A stretch of DNA of 11,251 nt from the NCBI GenBank assembly GCA_043823065.1, contig JBDRBB010000007.1, forward strand, positions 1 through 11,251. Reading direction: 5' to 3'. Positions 7,357 through 11,251 of this stretch are shown in pieces. This DNA is from Pseudomonadota bacterium. GTDB taxonomy: Bacteria > UBA10199 > 2-02-FULL-44-16 > DYJF01. Every line of letters begins with the position of its first letter. Position 1 is the first letter of the stretch. A program made the position numbers and the translations under genes. The notes beneath the pieces were generated by a model. The model saw only the letters and a program-made list of their open reading frames with translations. It was not told where the DNA came from and did not search any database.

Positions 7357-9848
7357 AAATTCGTACGGCGTACGGCGTTCGTCGTACAGCGTTGGCAGTG
7401 GCAATTTGTTTGATAGCTGGATGCGGAGGTGGGGGGAGCACCAGGGACACAACTGATGTTTCAGTGCAGCCTGATTATCCAGAAAACATGCAAGCTATGT
7501 CTGCAAACTTAAAAGCTGTAGGCACAATTTATGCTTCTGAGGAAATTGGCGCTGATGTTCTTGCCCAACCAGTTTTAGGAGATCTAAATAATGACGGAAG
7601 TTTCACTTTTAAGCTAACCCTGAATTCTTCCCTACCTGCATCTGGCGGCTTCTTCCAAGCAGATTTTTATTATGCTGAAAACAATACCGGTTTGTCATTG
7701 CGAGCCTCGTCAAGCGAGGCGTGGCAATCCCATGTGCTACCTGCTAAGTCTTTAACCGATGAACTAGAAGGCTCTATCCGCGTCGCCTATATCACCCAAA
7801 CAATTTTAGATTCAGAAGGAGCAAGTTTTACAGTTACTGCAGAAGATTTTTTCACCAATCCTGACGATGATTCAGATGGCCTGCCTAACTTAAATGAAGT
7901 TAATTCCGGACTGGATCCTAACAATGCTGACACAGATGGCGATGGCGTAATTGATGGCCTGGATATCTTTCCATCAGCATCTCTAGAGTGGAATGATACA
8001 GATGGCGATGGCATTGGCGATAATACAGATGATGATATTGACGGCGATGGGCTTGCCAATGATGACGAAGATCTTTTTGCTACAAACAAGTTTGACCCAG
8101 ATAGTGATGATGATGGCGTGCCAGATGGCGCTGATAATTGCCGCTTAACCGCTAATCCAACTCAGCTAGATACAAATAGCGATGGCCAAGGCGATGCTTG
8201 CGATAATGACGCTGACGGCGATGGGCTTAGCAATTCCCAAGAAGATGATTATGGCACAAACCGGCTACTGGCTGATACAGATGGCGACGGCCTGGGCGAT
8301 TTAACAGAAATCAATCTTGGTTCTAATCCTTTGGTTAAAGATACAGATGGCGATGGTCTGCAAGATGGTTCAGACAATTGTCCAGTAAATGCCAATACTA
8401 TCCAAACTGATACAGACGCAGATGGCCAAGGAAATGTTTGCGATGCTGATGATGACGGAGATGGCGTTGCTGATGGCGCTGACAATTGTCCATTAACCGC
8501 CAATACTGATCAAGAAGATACAGATACGGACGGTGCTGGCGATGTGTGCGATGACGACCTAGATGGCGATGGTGTAGTTAATGTTTTGGACAATTGCCCC
8601 TATGTTAGCAACCCAGCCCAGGCAGCAACAAATAGCGATAGTGATAGCATATATGCTGCTTGCGATCTTGATGATACAGATGCCAGAGTTGGCGCCAAAG
8701 AAAATGGCATTTTTGTAGATGGCGCGCATGGCTCAGATTCTAATAATGGCAAACTAAATTCTCCTTTGGCTTCTCTGGCTGCTGGCATTGCTGCTGGCTT
8801 AAGCGCTGGCAAAGATGTTTATGTAGCAGCTGGCACCTATGATGTTTCCAGCATTACCTGGCCAGGTAATTTGGAAATTTTTGGCGGTTTTGAAAATTCA
8901 GATACAGCAGCTGATCGCTTCAGCAGCCGCAATGTTCGCAGCACAGCAGTTAATTATAAAACAACCTTAACCAGTTCTAGTTTAGATGTTTCAGTGGCCC
9001 CCACTTCTGTTTCTGGCCTGGTTCTAGGCGGCTTTCATATGGAAAATGCCGATCCAAGCGTTGATCCAATTTTTGGCGCTAGATCTGTGGAAATTTCCGG
9101 CGGCTCAGTTACTTTAGATCGCAATACAATTTCAGGAAATAGCATTTCAGCGCGAAGCACTGGTTTGGCAGCAATTGCTTCAGCTCAAGTAACTTTAATC
9201 CGCAATAAAATAAGTGGCGGTAGCTCTGGTTTAGCTGGCAGCGAAAGCATTGGTGTGCAACTCAACAATGCTTCAGGAAATATTTTTAATAATATTATTC
9301 GGGCAGGCAATGGCAGATTTGCCACAGGCATTGTTTTAGAAACCTCATCTCCATTACTGGTGAACAATACTGTTGATGGTCGGTCTGGCAGCACTGCAGT
9401 TGGCACAGCAAACAGCTTGATTGTAGATTCATCTTCGCCCACAGTTGCCAACAATTTGTTTTTTACCGCCAATGCGCCAGATCAATATGTGCTGGAATGC
9501 CGCGGCACCAGTCCTACTGCCAGCACTGAATTTAGCAACAACCTACTTGCGGTTTTTCCCCAAGACACTCCTAATCCATTAGTGAGAGATTGTGATGGTA
9601 CACTTTATTATGATGCTGGCTTCTCAGTTGGTGCAGCAGCAATTGCTGACAATATAGTTTATAGTGCTTCTGATAATGTTAGCGATTTAGTTGATGCTAG
9701 TTATGGCTTAGTTGGTGGTGGCAGCAATGACGGTGTAAACGATGGTCTAAATACTGATTCGGTTGATTATGGAAATGTTACTGATGACTACAATGGCAGC
9801 GCCCGACCCCAGGCAGGGAATAATGATATTGGATCCATAGAAAGATAG
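7341..9848 (+). CDS. Large surface lipoprotein: thrombospondin type-3 Ca-binding repeats, DUF1565-like segment, right-handed beta-helix, choice-of-anchor-Q-like C-terminus
   Basis: SD GGAGGG 7331-7336; lipobox LIAG-C. Many DxDxDG repeats including four DNC...CD units (about 7861-8680). IFVDGAHGSDSNNG...SPL...VYVAAGTY, Asn-rich beta-helix rungs, terminal DYNGSARPQAGNNDIGSIE. Overlaps the upstream gene by 16 nt. Confidence 0.88.
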   Translation: MWNILKIRTAYGVRRTALAVAICLIAGCGGGGSTRDTTDVSVQPDYPENMQAMSANLKAVGTIYASEEIGADVLAQPVLGDLNNDGSFTFKLTLNSSLPASGGFFQADFYYAENNTGLSLRASSSEAWQSHVLPAKSLTDELEGSIRVAYITQTILDSEGASFTVTAEDFFTNPDDDSDGLPNLNEVNSGLDPNNADTDGDGVIDGLDIFPSASLEWNDTDGDGIGDNTDDDIDGDGLANDDEDLFATNKFDPDSDDDGVPDGADNCRLTANPTQLDTNSDGQGDACDNDADGDGLSNSQEDDYGTNRLLADTDGDGLGDLTEINLGSNPLVKDTDGDGLQDGSDNCPVNANTIQTDTDADGQGNVCDADDDGDGVADGADNCPLTANTDQEDTDTDGAGDVCDDDLDGDGVVNVLDNCPYVSNPAQAATNSDSDSIYAACDLDDTDARVGAKENGIFVDGAHGSDSNNGKLNSPLASLAAGIAAGLSAGKDVYVAAGTYDVSSITWPGNLEIFGGFENSDTAADRFSSRNVRSTAVNYKTTLTSSSLDVSVAPTSVSGLVLGGFHMENADPSVDPIFGARSVEISGGSVTLDRNTISGNSISARSTGLAAIASAQVTLIRNKISGGSSGLAGSESIGVQLNNASGNIFNNIIRAGNGRFATGIVLETSSPLLVNNTVDGRSGSTAVGTANSLIVDSSSPTVANNLFFTANAPDQYVLECRGTSPTASTEFSNNLLAVFPQDTPNPLVRDCDGTLYYDAGFSVGAAAIADNIVYSASDNVSDLVDASYGLVGGGSNDGVNDGLNTDSVDYGNVTDDYNGSARPQAGNNDIGSIER
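7362..7396 (+). repeat. Degenerate heptamer tandem repeat inside signal-peptide coding region
   Basis: CGTACGG CGTACGG CGTTCGT CGTACAG CGTTGGC; CpG-dense relative to its surroundings. Confidence 0.7.
7693..7730. repeat. Palindromic element (GTCATTGCGAG...GCAATC type) inside CDS
   Basis: TGTCATTGCGAGCCTCGTCAAGCGAGGCGTGGCAATCC: inner stem GCCTCG/CGAGGC, outer stem ATTGC/GCAAT; read in frame as LSLRASSSEAWQS. Confidence 0.7.
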
Positions 9849-9855
9849 CAAAATA

Positions 9856-10356
9856 ATGAAGAATTATATTTTACAAACATTTGTGATTGCTTTGCTGGTT
9901 TCCCTGGTAATGGGAGCGTCATGTGCCACAAAAAAGGCCGCGCATACAGTTCGCGATATGGATGTGATTGAAATGGTGGAAAAGGCCCTGCAAGGTGGAG
10001 CAGATTATGCGCAAAAGTTTTTTATCAAGTTACAGCCAGTGCACTTTCCCACTGCAGGATTTCAACCTCAGGGGCAAGAATTTAACACACTAAAAGAAAA
10101 TACCAAGTGGTTAATGGATAATCCAAACACCATGGTTATTTTAGAAGGCCATTGTGATGAACGCGGCGGAAATGAATATAACTTAAAACTAGGTGATCTG
10201 CGCGCCCGCAGCATAAAAAGTTATTTAGTGCAAAATGGCATCACAGCTGACCGCTTTGGCGCTATAGTTTCCCATGGAGAAGAAAGACCTGTTGCTAAGG
10301 AACACACGCATCAAGCGTGGCAAAAAAACCGCCGAGTCGAATTTATAATTCATTAG
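9856..10356 (+). CDS. Pal/OmpA-family peptidoglycan-associated lipoprotein
   Basis: Hydrophobic signal ending MGAS-C. OmpA C-like motifs LEGHCDERG, YNLKLGDLRA, SHGEERP, AWQKNRRVEF. No tolB upstream, so the symbol pal is withheld. Confidence 0.92.
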   Translation: MKNYILQTFVIALLVSLVMGASCATKKAAHTVRDMDVIEMVEKALQGGADYAQKFFIKLQPVHFPTAGFQPQGQEFNTLKENTKWLMDNPNTMVILEGHCDERGGNEYNLKLGDLRARSIKSYLVQNGITADRFGAIVSHGEERPVAKEHTHQAWQKNRRVEFIIH

Positions 10357-10422
10357 TTCGTCGTACGTCAGTCGTCAGTCGTACTTCGTACATCGTAAAA
10401 TGTACGAACGACGATCGACGAA
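10357..10422. repeat. Heptamer-periodic inverted repeat (hairpin) filling the intergenic space
   Basis: 7-nt units (TCGTCGT ACGTCAG TCGTCAG TCGTACT TCGTACA TCGTAAA). Perfect stem TTCGTACAT (10385-10393) / ATGTACGAA (10400-10408); outer ends TTCGTCG / CGACGAA. Confidence 0.75.
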
Positions 10423-10435
10423 AAATGGAGGCTTT

Positions 10436-11251
10436 ATGAAAAAAACAACAATACTCCTAATAGTTTTAAGCATGGCAATTGTTAGCTACGCAACTAAGGC
10501 GGGTGCTGAAACAGTGCCTCACTATCTCAATTATCAGTCGTTACTCTATGACGATGGCGGCAATCTTATTTCTGATGGTCCAGCAGGAATTACGTTTCGC
10601 ATCACAGATTCTGCTGGCAGTACTCTTTTTGAAGAATATCAAACATTAGAGGTTGTAAATGGAGCAGTTTCCGCTATAGTAGGCAATGGCCTGGACAGAA
10701 ATGATGCTCCAGTGGGCGGGGTTCCTACTTCAGTTTTAGACCCAGCTAGCAGCAGGTTTTTAGAAGTAACAGTTGATAACTTTCCTCCCCAAGGGCTCTA
10801 TGAAATAGTTTCTGTGCCCTATAGTTATTATGCTAGTGAGGCAGCAAGTGTAGCTAATGGTGGTGTTAACGGAGCAGCAATTGCTAGTGGCGCTTTAACT
10901 TTAGATCATTTTTCAGCTTCTTTATTGGGAGATATAGCAACAGAACTGGCTGGTTCCAGCACCTTGGCAACATCAACTGATTTAACAAATATGCAAACTG
11001 AATTTAGATCAACAACAGGCGCAAGTGCAATTGGAGTAACTGCTGGTTTTGTTTACTCTGGCGCTAATAATGTGCAAGATGTGTTGTTGGATTTGGATAG
11101 AGCTGTGCAAAGAAGACAGGCTGCTGTTGATGCAACTGTGGTATCAGTTGGAACCTTGCAAACTGAAATAGATACTATTGAAAGTGATTTAAGTACCCAC
11201 AGCTCAGCAACAACAGGTGTGCATGGGGTAAGTGGAAGCGTGGTGGGGACT
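10436..11251 (+). CDS. Secreted phage-tail-fibre-like (trimeric fibre) protein, N-terminal 272 aa, truncated by window edge
   Basis: SD GGAGG 10427-10431; ATG 10436; open to the window end. Manual translation: MKKTTILLIVLSMAIVSYATKAGA-ETVPHYLNYQSLLYDDGGN...RFLEVTV...IVSVPYSYYASEAASVANGGVNGAAIASGALT...GASAIG...ANNVQDVLLDLD...LQTEIDTIESDLSTHSSATTGVHGVSGSVVGT. Confidence 0.85.
   Translation, partial: MKKTTILLIVLSMAIVSYATKAGAETVPHYLNYQSLLYDDGGNLISDGPAGITFRITDSAGSTLFEEYQTLEVVNGAVSAIVGNGLDRNDAPVGGVPTSVLDPASSRFLEVTVDNFPPQGLYEIVSVPYSYYASEAASVANGGVNGAAIASGALTLDHFSASLLGDIATELAGSSTLATSTDLTNMQTEFRSTTGASAIGVTAGFVYSGANNVQDVLLDLDRAVQRRQAAVDATVVSVGTLQTEIDTIESDLSTHSSATTGVHGVSGSVVGT

Noticed and set aside
7929..8356. 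Recurring GA(T/C)ACAGATGGCGA(T/C)GG 17-mers as a possible CRISPR or DNA repeat array
   Set aside because: In-frame codons for DTDGDG of TSP3 repeats, irregularly spaced, with no cas genes or leader.
5848..9472. Minus-strand ORFs opposite the plus-strand operon, including 6270-6626 with PHPSPLPSRERG
   Set aside because: Antisense shadows of biased or repetitive codons. The PHPSPLPSRERG peptide is just the translated BoxC-like repeat.
10436..11251. Prophage or tailocin interpretation of the fibre gene
   Set aside because: It has a Sec signal peptide, and no integrase, sheath, baseplate or lysis genes are in the window. Sequence beyond the edge cannot be assessed.

Overview
Bacterial chromosomal window, AT-rich; the gene content suggests a deltaproteobacterial-grade lineage (inference). 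Left half, minus strand: the str operon rpsL-rpsG-fusA-tuf (tuf runs off the window edge), preceded by an orphan OppA/AppA-family peptide-binding lipoprotein instead of rpoC. Right half, plus strand: an apparent operon in which every product has an export signal. It encodes a TPR+PEGA protein with a C-terminal Gly-rich membrane tail, an uncharacterised lipoprotein, a large TSP3-repeat/beta-helix lipoprotein, a Pal/OmpA-like peptidoglycan-binding lipoprotein and a secreted phage-tail-fibre-like protein (truncated, absent from the ORF track). The divergent intergenic region holds a full sigma-54 promoter layout: three phased 17-bp enhancer-like boxes, an exact IHF consensus and a -24/-12 element. 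The best candidate for an undescribed system is this sigma-54-controlled surface fibre/adhesin display locus. Three unrelated small palindromic or tandem repeat families also sit in the operon, two of them inside a coding sequence. All family calls are from motif recognition by eye; no searches were run.
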